A stretch of DNA of 64,000 nucleotides from Candidatus Fervidifonticultor tertius (GTDB taxonomy: Bacteria; Sysuimicrobiota; Sysuimicrobiia; Sysuimicrobiales; Humicultoraceae), in NCBI GenBank assembly GCA_031459235.1, contig JAVKIY010000002.1, positions 5,026 through 69,025 of the forward strand, written 5' to 3'. Below the pieces are notes generated by a model that was not told where the DNA came from, did no database searches, and saw only the letters and a list, made by a program, of their open reading frames with translations. Below, piece by piece: positions 1 through 7,983 of the stretch; position 1 is the first letter of the stretch; each line of letters opens with the position of its first letter. A program made the translations under genes and the position numbers.

Positions 1-1
1 G

Positions 2-187
2 TGCGCGCTGGAGCGCGGTCTAGCCGAGGGATCACCGATTTGGTGTGATTCGGCTACCGGTCAGGGTCGCCGCTCGCCGGCTGCGTGCCAGCCCGTGGGC
101 ACCGTGCCCGGGGTCTCGGTTGGCTGTTTCCCGGATCTCTACGCCGCGCTGGCCGGGAACCCGCCGGACCAGGTCATCACGCTGTAG
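2..187 (+). CDS. possible 3' end of a CDS entering from the left edge; product unknown
   Basis: Frame is open from nt 2 to TAG at 185-187 (...VGCFPDLYAALAGNPPDQVITL*). My manual count over nt 61-180 gives the highest G+C at codon position 3 and the lowest at position 2 for this frame, as in the confident genes. No start lies in the window, so it is absent from the ORF track. No motif recognised. Confidence 0.3.
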   Translation, partial: CALERGLAEGSPIWCDSATGQGRRSPAACQPVGTVPGVSVGCFPDLYAALAGNPPDQVITL

Positions 188-253
188 CATCAAGGGCGCC
201 GTCGCCGTGACTGCCGGCGCGGCGGTGAAGGGGCGCGGAATCGCGACGGTTCC

Positions 254-294
254 GGCCGCCGGGCCCGGGCAAGGTGCCACCAGGCCCGGCGGCC
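254..294. terminator. GC-rich hairpin between convergent genes (candidate bidirectional terminator)
   Basis: Perfect 12-bp inverted repeat GGCCGCCGGGCC (254-265) / GGCCCGGCGGCC (283-294) with a 17-nt loop, located between the stop at 187 and the PCuAC stop at 307. No U-tract. Confidence 0.45.
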
Positions 295-306
295 AGGAGT
301 CGACAC

Positions 307-828
307 TCAGGGCGCCGTCATGCGCACCGGGACGGGAACCGTGACCGTCTTGGCGCGCTCGAAGTGCAGCGTCGCCGTGAACTGCTCGCCCTCCTTGAGG
401 TCACGCCGCAGGCCCAACAGCATGATATGGAGGCCGCCGGGACGCAACTCCACCCGCCCTCGAGCGGGAATGGCGATGGCCGCAAGTTTGTGCATGCGGC
501 TGGTGCCGCCCTCCATGCGCGTCTCGTGGAGTTCCACGGCGGTGGCGACGTCCGCCTCGGCGCTCAGCAGTTGATCGCCGTCGGTGCCGTTGTTGTGGAT
601 GATCATGTAGATCGCCGATGTGCCAGGCCCCATGATCATGCTACTCCCATGAGCCCCGGGGGGTGCCGCGACACCCGGTCGTGCCCAAGGTTTTTCGATG
701 CGGATCGATGACGCGGTCGGCGCGGCGCCTCCTGGGACGATGGCCATACCGGTGAGGACGGCCGTGGCGAAGACCGCCGTGCCGTAATGCCAGAGGTTCC
801 TCAGACGTGAGAGACCCACACCCATCAC
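307..828 (-). CDS. copper chaperone PCu(A)C (DUF461 family), exported
   Basis: 173-aa ORF with a hydrophobic N-terminal signal-like segment. Met/His-rich copper-site region (YMIIHNNG...VELHETRMEGGTSRMHKL) is typical of PCuAC. It lies directly downstream of an SCO1/SenC gene, the usual pairing. Confidence 0.85.
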   Translation of the reverse strand: MMGVGLSRLRNLWHYGTAVFATAVLTGMAIVPGGAAPTASSIRIEKPWARPGVAAPPGAHGSSMIMGPGTSAIYMIIHNNGTDGDQLLSAEADVATAVELHETRMEGGTSRMHKLAAIAIPARGRVELRPGGLHIMLLGLRRDLKEGEQFTATLHFERAKTVTVPVPVRMTAP

Positions 829-869
829 TCCCTTGTCGTCGGCCGCGACGCGAAGGCGGTCGCGCCGGT

Positions 870-1445
870 CTAGTGTCGTAGCAGTACTCGGACATCGTGC
901 GCGACGTCGGCAGCGGTGGCCTCATGGCTCAGATTCAAACGCCAGCGTCCCTGCCGGTCGATGACGGGAACGTGCGTCGAGTGCGCCATGAGGTATCCCG
1001 CCGCGCTGCCGGGCACCGGGACCTTCTCGAACGCCGCGCCGAAGAATCGGTAGGTGGCGGCCAGGGCGTCCGGGGGGCCTGCCAGGCCCACGAACTCCGG
1101 ATTGAACAGCCGCAGGTACCGGTCGAGGAACGCCGGTGTGTCGATCTCCGGGTCCACCGTGACGAACACGAAGCGGACCCGCGCGGCATCTGGCCCCAGC
1201 CCCTCGGCGACCTGCCGGAACATCCCGAGGGTGAGCGGACACACGTCGGGGCACCGAGTGTAGCCGAAGAAGATCAGGACGACGCGACCCCGCTGCTCGG
1301 CCAGGTTGAAGGGCCGCCCATGCTGGTCGCTTAACGTGAGCGCCGGGACCGGGCGCGGAGGATCGAGCACGCGGCCCCGGAAGGTCGGGCGCTGGCAGGC
1401 GGGGAGCAGCAGTACCAGCAAGCTGGCGGCGATCCATCTGGGCAT
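870..1445 (-). CDS. SCO1/SenC family thioredoxin-fold copper chaperone
   Basis: CxxxC copper site in FGYTRCPDVCPLTL. I moved the start to ATG 1445 (MPRWIAASLLVLLLPAC, lipobox-like), which has GGGGAGG 6 nt upstream. The ORF-track start at 1529 adds a non-homologous extension. Confidence 0.85.
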   Translation of the reverse strand: MPRWIAASLLVLLLPACQRPTFRGRVLDPPRPVPALTLSDQHGRPFNLAEQRGRVVLIFFGYTRCPDVCPLTLGMFRQVAEGLGPDAARVRFVFVTVDPEIDTPAFLDRYLRLFNPEFVGLAGPPDALAATYRFFGAAFEKVPVPGSAAGYLMAHSTHVPVIDRQGRWRLNLSHEATAADVAHDVRVLLRH

Positions 1446-1547
1446 GATCGACCTCCCCATGAAGAGACGTGCGCCGAGGGATGTGCACCCCGGCCCGCCC
1501 GGCGAGCCGAGACGCGAGCCCCAATGCACGCGGTGGCGCGTGGGTCG

Positions 1548-2081
1548 TTAGATGGGAAGGTCTACGCGAGGTGGAGGGTCTGGGACGGGCAGGGCCTCGT
1601 GCATGACCCGCTGCGAAGCCGGGCGCGTGACCAGCCCCGTAGCCCGGGGTCCGGTCGGTCTCGCCGGTGCCGCCGCGGTGGCGACTACCAGGCCGGTGGC
1701 GCTGTGGACCACCGCGCCCGGAGCGGTCCCCGGCAGCACCGACACGACGCGCGGCGCGCGGCGGTCCTCCCGGGTCTCGCCGACGGTCCGCGGTGGACGT
1801 GAGCCCTTCCGTCCGAGGCCTCCGACGGAGCCGCGCGGTCGCTCGTGCCCGTGGTGACGGTGGTGGGCGAGCGCTTCAGCGCGCTGCGCGGGAGTACCGC
1901 CGATCACGAGGTGCAGGTGGTATGGATCGCGCTCTACTACCCGCGTGTCGGCGATCGGGAGGACGAGCCGTAAGACGGTCGCCAGCACCGCAACCGCGGC
2001 CACAACCGGGGATGGCCCGCCGCGGCCCGACCGGGCTACAGCCGTCGCGCGCCGTACGAGTGTCATGCTGGGCCCCTCCAT
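1548..2081 (-). CDS. hypothetical membrane-anchored protein with a His-rich motif
   Basis: 177-aa ORF with one predicted TM segment (SPVVAAVAVLATVLRLVLPIA) and the motif HHRHHGHE. Manual codon-position G+C count over 1921-1980 fits this minus-strand frame (position 2 lowest). No family recognised. An alternative start is ATG at 2066. Confidence 0.4.
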   Translation of the reverse strand: MEGPSMTLVRRATAVARSGRGGPSPVVAAVAVLATVLRLVLPIADTRVVERDPYHLHLVIGGTPAQRAEALAHHRHHGHERPRGSVGGLGRKGSRPPRTVGETREDRRAPRVVSVLPGTAPGAVVHSATGLVVATAAAPARPTGPRATGLVTRPASQRVMHEALPVPDPPPRVDLPI

Positions 2082-2169
2082 CGTACCCCCGCGCCGCGAG
2101 AGCGCGCAACACAGACAGAGGGTTGGAGAGGCGGCGCTTTCGACGGGGACTGCACTGTCATGGGTCGCG

Positions 2170-2198
2170 TTGACACGCCGTTCGGCCTGTCCTACAAT
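2170..2198 (+). promoter_or_regulatory. sigma70-type promoter of zur-znuACB
   Basis: TTGACA (2170-2175), 17-nt spacer, TACAAT (2193-2198). It sits in an AT-rich island about 40 nt upstream of the zur ATG. Confidence 0.7.
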
Positions 2199-2225
2199 TC
2201 AATCCGAGAACGATTATCATATTGA
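2199..2225. promoter_or_regulatory. AT-rich imperfect palindrome, candidate Zur/Fur-family operator
   Basis: TCAATCCGAGAACGATTATCATATTGA: 9 of 13 symmetric positions pair around G2212 (TCAAT/ATTGA ends). It contains the Fur-box half-site ATTATCA. It lies between the -10 box and the zur start codon. Confidence 0.45.
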
Positions 2226-2239
2226 GGAAGGGGGACTCC

Positions 2240-2638
2240 ATGAGGGGGCACGTTGGGGCTCGCCGCCGCAACACCTGGCAGCGGGCCGCCGTCCTGCAGG
2301 CCATCAGTCAGGCGCCCTGCCACATCACGGCCGAGGAGCTCCACGACCGACTCCGGCGGACGCGGCCGATCGGACTGGCGACGGTTTATCGAGCGCTCGA
2401 TGCGTTCGTCCGCGACGGGGTGCTGGAGCCCGCGCACGTCGGCGACGGCAAGGTCCGATACGGGTTGGCCGCCAGGCACCACGACCACCTGGTCTGTCTG
2501 CACTGCGGGGCCTGGGAGGCGCTGAAGGCGTGCCTCGTGCCTCGTCTCCCCAGGCGCCTGGCGCCCGGGTTCAAAGTCACCGGGCACCAGGTAGAAGTGT
2601 ACGGCTACTGCGCCCGGTGCCAGGCAGCCACGGCGTGA
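2240..2638 (+). CDS. zur: Fur-family transcriptional regulator, probable zinc uptake regulator
   Basis: Winged-helix region (ATVYRALDAFV) and HHDHLVCLHCG...CARC metal sites typical of the Fur family. It lies immediately upstream of znuACB. Start set at ATG 2240, behind GAGGAAGGGGG. Confidence 0.8.
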   Translation: MRGHVGARRRNTWQRAAVLQAISQAPCHITAEELHDRLRRTRPIGLATVYRALDAFVRDGVLEPAHVGDGKVRYGLAARHHDHLVCLHCGAWEALKACLVPRLPRRLAPGFKVTGHQVEVYGYCARCQAATA

Positions 2639-2670
2639 GCGGGCGCGCGGGACCACCGAGGGAGAGTGCC

Positions 2671-3618
2671 GTGAGAGCAACAATTGTTGTTCTGACCGCC
2701 GTGTTGGCGATGACCGCCTGTGGCCGGCTGGCCCCTGCGCCGTCGCCGCCAGCCCAGGCGCCGAAGATCGCCGTCGTCGCGTCGTTCTACCCGCTGTACG
2801 AGTTCGCGCGCCGGGTCGGTGGCGAGTTCGCCGAGGTCCGCAACCTGGTGCCGGCGGGCGCGGAGCCGCATGACTACGAGCCCACCCCGCAGGACGTCGC
2901 GGTGCTACACGCCGCCCGGCTGGTCATCTATAACGGCGCGGGCTTCGAGCCGTGGATCGAGAAGCTGCTGCCTGGCCTGCCGGCCGGCGTGGAGTCGGTC
3001 AACGCGACCGAGGGACTCCCCCTCGTCCGGGCTGACGCCGAGCACGACCACGGGCCCGGGAAGGAGCCCAAGGATACCCACGGGGAGAAGGCGCTCGACC
3101 CGCACGTCTGGCTCGACCCGGTGCTCGCGCAGCAGCAGGTGGACCTGATCGCCGCCGCGTTCGTGCGGGTCGACCCTGACCGCCGGACCACCTACGAGGC
3201 CAACGCCGCGGTCCTCAAGGACGAGCTGGCGGCCCTGGACGAGCGTTACCGGCGGACGCTGGCCGCCTGCCGGCGCAAGACGTTCATCACCAGCCACGCG
3301 GCCTTCGGGTACCTGGCGTCTCGCTATGGCCTGACCATGGTGCCGATCAGCGGGCTGTCGCCCGAGGCCGAGCCGCCGGCCGCGCGGCTGCGGGCGGTCG
3401 TCCGCGCGGCGCGCGCGCACCGCGCCACGGTCATCTACTTCGAAACGCTGGTCAGCCCGCGGGTGGCCGAGACGATCGCCCGCGAGGTGCGCGCGCGGAC
3501 CGCGGTGCTCAACCCCCTGGAGGGTCTCACCGCCGAGGAGCAGGCAGCGGGCGCGACCTACGTCACGGTGATGGATGCGAACCTTCGAAGCCTCGCCGAC
3601 GGCCTCGACTGCCGCTAG
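2671..3618 (+). CDS. znuA: zinc ABC transporter substrate-binding lipoprotein
   Basis: Trimmed from ORF 1945..3618 to GTG 2671 (GGGAGAG upstream). Lipobox LAMTAC. Cluster-9 SBP core (VVASFYPLYEF...AEPHDYEP). His/acidic loop DAEHDHGPGKEPKDTHGEKALDPH is typical of ZnuA. Confidence 0.85.
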   Translation: MRATIVVLTAVLAMTACGRLAPAPSPPAQAPKIAVVASFYPLYEFARRVGGEFAEVRNLVPAGAEPHDYEPTPQDVAVLHAARLVIYNGAGFEPWIEKLLPGLPAGVESVNATEGLPLVRADAEHDHGPGKEPKDTHGEKALDPHVWLDPVLAQQQVDLIAAAFVRVDPDRRTTYEANAAVLKDELAALDERYRRTLAACRRKTFITSHAAFGYLASRYGLTMVPISGLSPEAEPPAARLRAVVRAARAHRATVIYFETLVSPRVAETIAREVRARTAVLNPLEGLTAEEQAAGATYVTVMDANLRSLADGLDCR

Positions 3619-4375
3619 CGCGACGCCCGCCTCGCCGCTCGTCGCGCTGGAGCACGTGTGCTTCAGGTACGGCGGTGAGCAGGTGCTCCACGAGGTCAAC
3701 CTGGAAGTCCAAATCGGGGACTTCCTCGGCATCATCGGTCCCAACGGTGCCGGCAAGACCACGCTGCTGCGCATCATGCTCGGCCTGGCGCGCTCCGAGT
3801 GCGGCCACGTCCGGCTGTTTGGCCAGGACGTGCGCGCCTTCCGCGACTGGCACCAAATCGGCTACGTCCCGCAGAAGGCCGTGGCGTTCGAGGCGCGGTT
3901 CCCCGCGAGCGTCTTCGAGGTGGTGCTCTCCGGCCGCACCGGCGTCGCGGGGCTGGCCCGACGCTTCTCGGCGGCCGACCGTGAGGCGGCGCTGGGCGCG
4001 CTGGAGACCGTGGGCATGGCGGAGTACCGGGACCGGCTCATCGGCCGGCTCTCCTCGGGCCAGCAGCAGCGCGTCTTCATTGCCCGTGCGCTGGCGAGCC
4101 AGCCGGCGCTGCTGGTGCTCGACGAGCCGACGGTGGGCGTGGACGTGGAGGCGCAGGAGCAGTTCTACGGGCTGCTGCGTCGCCTCAACCGCGAGCGCGG
4201 CACGACGCTGGTACTCGTGTCCCATGATGTCGGCGTGATCGCGGCGGAGGTCACGCGGCTGGCATGTCTCAACCGCACGCTTGTCTTCCACGGCAGCCCG
4301 GAAGAGGCGATTCGCACCGGCGCGATCGCCCGCATGTACCGCGACGATTCGCTGCTGGTCACGCACCGCCACTAG
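3575..4375 (+). CDS. znuC: zinc ABC transporter ATP-binding protein
   Basis: Walker A GPNGAGKTT, signature LSSGQQQRV, Walker B LLVLDEP. ATG 3575 is the only in-frame start upstream of the conserved N-terminus, giving a 44-nt overlap with znuA. Confidence 0.85.
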   Translation: MRTFEASPTASTAASATPASPLVALEHVCFRYGGEQVLHEVNLEVQIGDFLGIIGPNGAGKTTLLRIMLGLARSECGHVRLFGQDVRAFRDWHQIGYVPQKAVAFEARFPASVFEVVLSGRTGVAGLARRFSAADREAALGALETVGMAEYRDRLIGRLSSGQQQRVFIARALASQPALLVLDEPTVGVDVEAQEQFYGLLRRLNRERGTTLVLVSHDVGVIAAEVTRLACLNRTLVFHGSPEEAIRTGAIARMYRDDSLLVTHRH

Positions 4376-4378
4376 CCG

Positions 4379-5188
4379 ATGCCCGAGATCCTCCAGTACG
4401 GGTTCATGCAGCGGGCGCTGCTGGCCGGCCTGATGATCGGCACCCTCGCCCCGCTCATCGGCGTCTTCCTGGTCCTGCGGCGGCTGAGCCTGATCGCGGA
4501 CACGCTCGCGCACGTCGCGCTCGCGGGCGTGGCCGCGGGTCTCCTGTTGCGCACCTACCCCGTGGCCGGTGCCCTGGCCGCCTCGGTGCTCGCCGCTGTA
4601 GGCATCGAGCGGCTGCGCGTCTCAGGGCGTCTGTTCGGGGAGGCGGCACTGGCGGTGTTTCTCTCGGGCGGCTTCGCGGTGGCGGTTGTGCTGATCAGCG
4701 TGGCCAACGGGTTCAACGTGGACCTGTTTGCCTACCTGTTCGGCGCCATCACCGTGGTGCAGCCAGGCGACCTGTGGGTGATCCTGGCGCTCGGGCTGGT
4801 CGTGCTCGGGGCGCTCGGCATCTTCTACAAGGAGCTGTTCGCCATCACCTTCGACGAGGAAGGCGCCCGCGTCCAGGGCGTGCCGGTGGACGCGCTCAAC
4901 CTCATGCTCACCGTGCTGGTCGCCGTCACGGTCGTCGTCGCCATGCGGATCGTCGGCATCCTGCTGACCAGCGCGCTCATCGTCGTTCCCTCGATCACGG
5001 CTCTGCGGCTCGCCCGCAGCTTCCAGGAGGTCCTGCGGATCGCGGTGGCCTGCTCGCTGGTCGCGGTGCTGGTCGGGATGGTGGCGTCGTTCTATTTCAA
5101 CATCGCCGCCGGCGGCGCGATCGTGCTCACCGCGCTGGCGCTTTTCGGACTCGCTTCGGTGGTCGGCCGCCGGGGCGCGCCTGGCTAG
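4379..5188 (+). CDS. znuB: zinc/manganese-type ABC transporter permease
   Basis: 269-aa polytopic membrane protein. Its position after znuC and its ABC-3 family-like sequence support the call. Confidence 0.85.
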   Translation: MPEILQYGFMQRALLAGLMIGTLAPLIGVFLVLRRLSLIADTLAHVALAGVAAGLLLRTYPVAGALAASVLAAVGIERLRVSGRLFGEAALAVFLSGGFAVAVVLISVANGFNVDLFAYLFGAITVVQPGDLWVILALGLVVLGALGIFYKELFAITFDEEGARVQGVPVDALNLMLTVLVAVTVVVAMRIVGILLTSALIVVPSITALRLARSFQEVLRIAVACSLVAVLVGMVASFYFNIAAGGAIVLTALALFGLASVVGRRGAPG

Positions 5189-5191
5189 GCG

Positions 5192-5779
5192 CTACTCCAC
5201 CCGGGGCACGCTGTCGGCGGCCAGGATCTCCGCGGCCACGACCTTCATGGGCCGGCGGGTGTCGCGGCTGGTGCGCTGGAGTCGCGCGAACGCCTCGGCC
5301 TCGGAGAGGCCCTCGCGCGCCATGAGCACGCCCTTCGCCCGCTCGATGAGCTTGCGGGTCTGCAGCGCCTCCTCCAGGCTGCGGATCTCGCCTGCCTGGT
5401 CCAGCATCGCGCGGAAGTTCGCCATGGCGACCTCGATGGTGGGCACCAGATCGGCTTCCTTGATGGGCTTGACCAGGTAGGCCATCACCCGCAGCCGCCG
5501 TGCGCGGTCCACGAAGCCGCGGTCGCCGTACGCCGAGAGCAGAATGATCGGCCGCAGCCCCTCGGCCAGGACCTGCTGGGCGACCGCCAGGCCGTCGGGC
5601 GGCGGCATCTTGATGTCGAGAAACACCAGGTCGGGGTCGAGCTTGCGGATCAGGTCGATGGCTCGTCGGCCGTCGCCGGCCTCGCCGACGACCTGGTAGC
5701 CAGCCTCGGTCAGCATCGTCCGCAGGCCCATGCGGATGAGGGCCTCGTCGTCCGCGATGAGGACGCGGAGCGCGGGCAC
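5192..5779 (-). CDS. pdtaR: response regulator with ANTAR RNA-binding output domain (PdtaR-like)
   Basis: Receiver residues are present (ADDE, FLDIKMP, LLSAY, LVKP). C-terminal ANTAR region LIERAKGVLMAREGLSEAEAFARLQRTSRDTRRPM. Confidence 0.85.
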   Translation of the reverse strand: MPALRVLIADDEALIRMGLRTMLTEAGYQVVGEAGDGRRAIDLIRKLDPDLVFLDIKMPPPDGLAVAQQVLAEGLRPIILLSAYGDRGFVDRARRLRVMAYLVKPIKEADLVPTIEVAMANFRAMLDQAGEIRSLEEALQTRKLIERAKGVLMAREGLSEAEAFARLQRTSRDTRRPMKVVAAEILAADSVPRVE

Positions 5780-5792
5780 TAGCGGTCCCCGC

Positions 5793-7460
5793 TCACGCCG
5801 CGCCCCCGGGCGCGGACTCGCGCGTGCGCGGGATGGTCATCACCGCGCGCGTGCCGCCGCCCGGGGCGGGCGCCACCTCGAACCGACCGCCCAGGTCCTC
5901 GGTGGCCAGCGCCTGGACGATCTTCAGCCCCAGGTTGTCGGTGGCCAGGGGATCGGTGCCCGGGGGCAGGCCCACCCCGTCGTCGCACACCTCGACGATC
6001 CACTCCGCGTCGGTCTGCGCGAGCAGGATGCGCAGCCGGCCGGCGGCGCGGTCGGCGAAGGCGTGCTCCAGCGCGTTCTGCGCGAGCTCGTTCACCGCCA
6101 GGGCCACCGAGGTCGCCTGCTGCGAGGGCATGAACAGGTCGTCGCCCTCGATCGCGACGTCCACCCGGAGCGCGGGACGCGCCATGGTCTGGCCCACCGT
6201 GTGGGTCACCCGCTCGAGGAGCTCGCGGACGTTGATGAGGCGGAACCCCTCGACCGAGAGGATCTCGTGAACCGCGGCGATGCTGAGCACGCGGTTGATG
6301 GTCTCGGTGAGCACCTCGCGCCCGGAGACCTCCCGGCCGTCGCGGAGCTGGAGGCGGAGCAGCATCGCGATCGTCTGAAGGTTGTTCTTCACCCGGTGGT
6401 GCATCTCGCGCACGACGGCGGAGCGCACGATCAGCGAGCTGTTCTCGATGGCCAGCGCGGTCTGGTTGGCGAGGGTGGAGAACAGCGAGATCTCCTCGGG
6501 CGTGAAGTGGTGGGGCGCGTCCATATAGCAGTTGAACACGCCGATCACGCGGTCGCGCACGACCAGCGGCACCGCGAGCAGCGCCCGCAGCCCCTCGCCG
6601 CGGGCCATCTCCTTGTGGACAAACCTGGGGTCGGCCAGCACATCGGGCACGACGATCGGCCGGCCGGTCTGGGCCACCAGGCCGACGATGCCTTCCCCGA
6701 TCCGCAGGCTGGGCCGCCCATGGTAGCGCTCGCCGGCGCGGTGCGAGGCGGTCAGCACGAGCTCGCCGGTCTCCTGGTCGAGCAGCATCAGCGAGCACAG
6801 CCGCGCCCCCAGGGTGCCGGTGGCCATCTCGACGATCAGCCGCAGCATTTCCTCCAGGTAGAGGGGCGAGGTGATGGTGCGGCTCGCCTCGGCGAGCGTG
6901 GAGAGCTCCATGATCTGCCGGCGCATGCTGTCGTAGAGCGTGGCCTTCTCGATGGCGCCGGCGGCCAGGTCGGCGATGACGGTGAGCAGCTCGATCTCGT
7001 CGGGCGCGTACTCGTGCACCGCGGTGGTCTGGACGTTCATGGCGCCGAGCACCCGGCCGGCCGTGCGCAGCGGCACCGCCAGCAGCGAGCGGAAGGCGTA
7101 CTCGCGCGTGCCGGGCACGTAGACGAAGCGCGGGTCGCTCGCCGCGTCGCTGCTGAAGACCGCCGCGCCCGTGCGCGCCGCGGTCCCGGTCAGACCCTCG
7201 CCGTAGCGCAGGCGGGCGCGGCCGATCGACTCCGGCGCCAGGCCAGTGGTTGCGCGGAGCACCAGGTGCTCGCCGCCGGCGTCGAGCAAGTAGATGGAGC
7301 AGGAGTCCATCGCCATGACCTCGGCGGTCTTGCGCGTGATGAGCTGCAGGGTGGAGTCCAGGTCGAGCGCGGCCCCGATCGCCTGGCTGATGTCGCGCAG
7401 CGCCGCGAACTCGGCCTCCTTGCGCTCGAGCCGGTCGCGTGCGGTGGGTAGCGTGCTCAT
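5793..7460 (-). CDS. pdtaS: cytoplasmic GAF-domain sensor histidine kinase, HisKA_2 type (PdtaS-like)
   Basis: Two GAF-like N-terminal modules and no TM segment. H-box HHRVKNNLQTIAMLLRLQ, N-box NELAQNALEHAF, G-box DDGVGLP. It lies 13 nt upstream of the ANTAR regulator. Confidence 0.85.
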   Translation of the reverse strand: MSTLPTARDRLERKEAEFAALRDISQAIGAALDLDSTLQLITRKTAEVMAMDSCSIYLLDAGGEHLVLRATTGLAPESIGRARLRYGEGLTGTAARTGAAVFSSDAASDPRFVYVPGTREYAFRSLLAVPLRTAGRVLGAMNVQTTAVHEYAPDEIELLTVIADLAAGAIEKATLYDSMRRQIMELSTLAEASRTITSPLYLEEMLRLIVEMATGTLGARLCSLMLLDQETGELVLTASHRAGERYHGRPSLRIGEGIVGLVAQTGRPIVVPDVLADPRFVHKEMARGEGLRALLAVPLVVRDRVIGVFNCYMDAPHHFTPEEISLFSTLANQTALAIENSSLIVRSAVVREMHHRVKNNLQTIAMLLRLQLRDGREVSGREVLTETINRVLSIAAVHEILSVEGFRLINVRELLERVTHTVGQTMARPALRVDVAIEGDDLFMPSQQATSVALAVNELAQNALEHAFADRAAGRLRILLAQTDAEWIVEVCDDGVGLPPGTDPLATDNLGLKIVQALATEDLGGRFEVAPAPGGGTRAVMTIPRTRESAPGGAA

Positions 7461-7461
7461 G

Positions 7462-7956
7462 CTAGCGCGCCGGGACGTACTCCAGCCGCGCGCCGGGCGC
7501 GATGCCGCGCCGCGCGAAGTAGCCGCGATTCACCTCGAGCGCGTAGCGGTACGCCTGGCGGGGCTCGTAGATCCGAAACGGCCCGTTGGCCGGGTCGGGG
7601 GCCACGTCCATGTCCTGGATCTCCAGCAGGCGCCAGGTGCGGTCGATGAAGCCGATGGAGAGCGGGATCAGGGTATTTTTCATCCAGAACCCCCACCGGC
7701 CGTCCTCCTCGAAGACGAACAGCATGCCGGCGTCCTCCGGCAGCGACGTCCGGTACATCAGCCCCTGCGAGCGAGCCTCGACCGTGCGCGCGACCTCGAG
7801 CGCCAGCGTGGCGACCCGCCGGGTGCCCTGGTAGACGTGCAGCGTACCGCGCTCGTAGCGGACCGACGGCGAGGGGCCGGCGGCGAGCGGCGGCGCCACG
7901 AGCGCGAGGCCCACGGCCACCGCCATGACGGCGAGGATCCAGCGCGGCGTTCTCAT
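7462..7956 (-). CDS. DUF192 domain-containing exported protein
   Basis: GLMYRTSLPEDAGMLFVF...MKNTLIPLSIGFID matches the DUF192 (COG1430) pattern. Start set at ATG 7956 (MRTPRWILAVMAVAVGLALVA signal peptide). An alternative is GTG 7995 behind GAAAGGAG. Its stop is 1 nt from the pdtaS start. Confidence 0.7.
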   Translation of the reverse strand: MRTPRWILAVMAVAVGLALVAPPLAAGPSPSVRYERGTLHVYQGTRRVATLALEVARTVEARSQGLMYRTSLPEDAGMLFVFEEDGRWGFWMKNTLIPLSIGFIDRTWRLLEIQDMDVAPDPANGPFRIYEPRQAYRYALEVNRGYFARRGIAPGARLEYVPAR

Positions 7957-7973
7957 ACTTTCATGGTATCCTA

Positions 7974-7983
7974 GCACATGTGC
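7974..7983. promoter_or_regulatory. perfect 10-bp palindrome in a divergent intergenic region
   Basis: GCACATGTGC lies inside the AT-richer 76-nt gap between the DUF192-pdtaSR start (7956) and the flavoprotein start (8033). Confidence 0.3.

Noticed and set aside
32-344. ORFs 32-280(-) and 45-344(+) at the left edge.
   Set aside because: No motifs. My codon-position G+C count over 61-180 favours a different plus-strand frame (open from nt 2 to 187) over either ORF. The hairpin at 254-294 also fits non-coding sequence there.
1945-2670. Long N-terminal extensions of track ORFs, for example 1945-3618, 8632-10626, 10409-11734, 12482-14536, 24343-26451, 27001-29238, 48966-51953, 51128-52765 and 46134-48032.
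   Set aside because: The extensions overlap the preceding real gene in another frame and have no homology-like content. Internal ATG or GTG starts coincide with SD sequences, ATGA/GTGA coupling or signal peptides. I trimmed these genes to the internal starts.
5730-7451. 573-aa plus-strand ORF antisense to the histidine kinase. Similar long antisense ORFs: 9922-11589(-), 16196-17935(-), 20058-21953(-), 22979-25336(-), 26258-27997(-), 36799-39207(+), 40208-41968(-), 41969-43744(-), 49617-51260(+) and 61729-63840(-).
   Set aside because: Their translations are low-complexity and rich in Arg, Ala, Pro, Gly and His, with no recognisable motifs. Each lies fully opposite a gene with clear family signatures. 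Stop-poor antisense frames are expected at this GC content, so I treat them as shadow ORFs.
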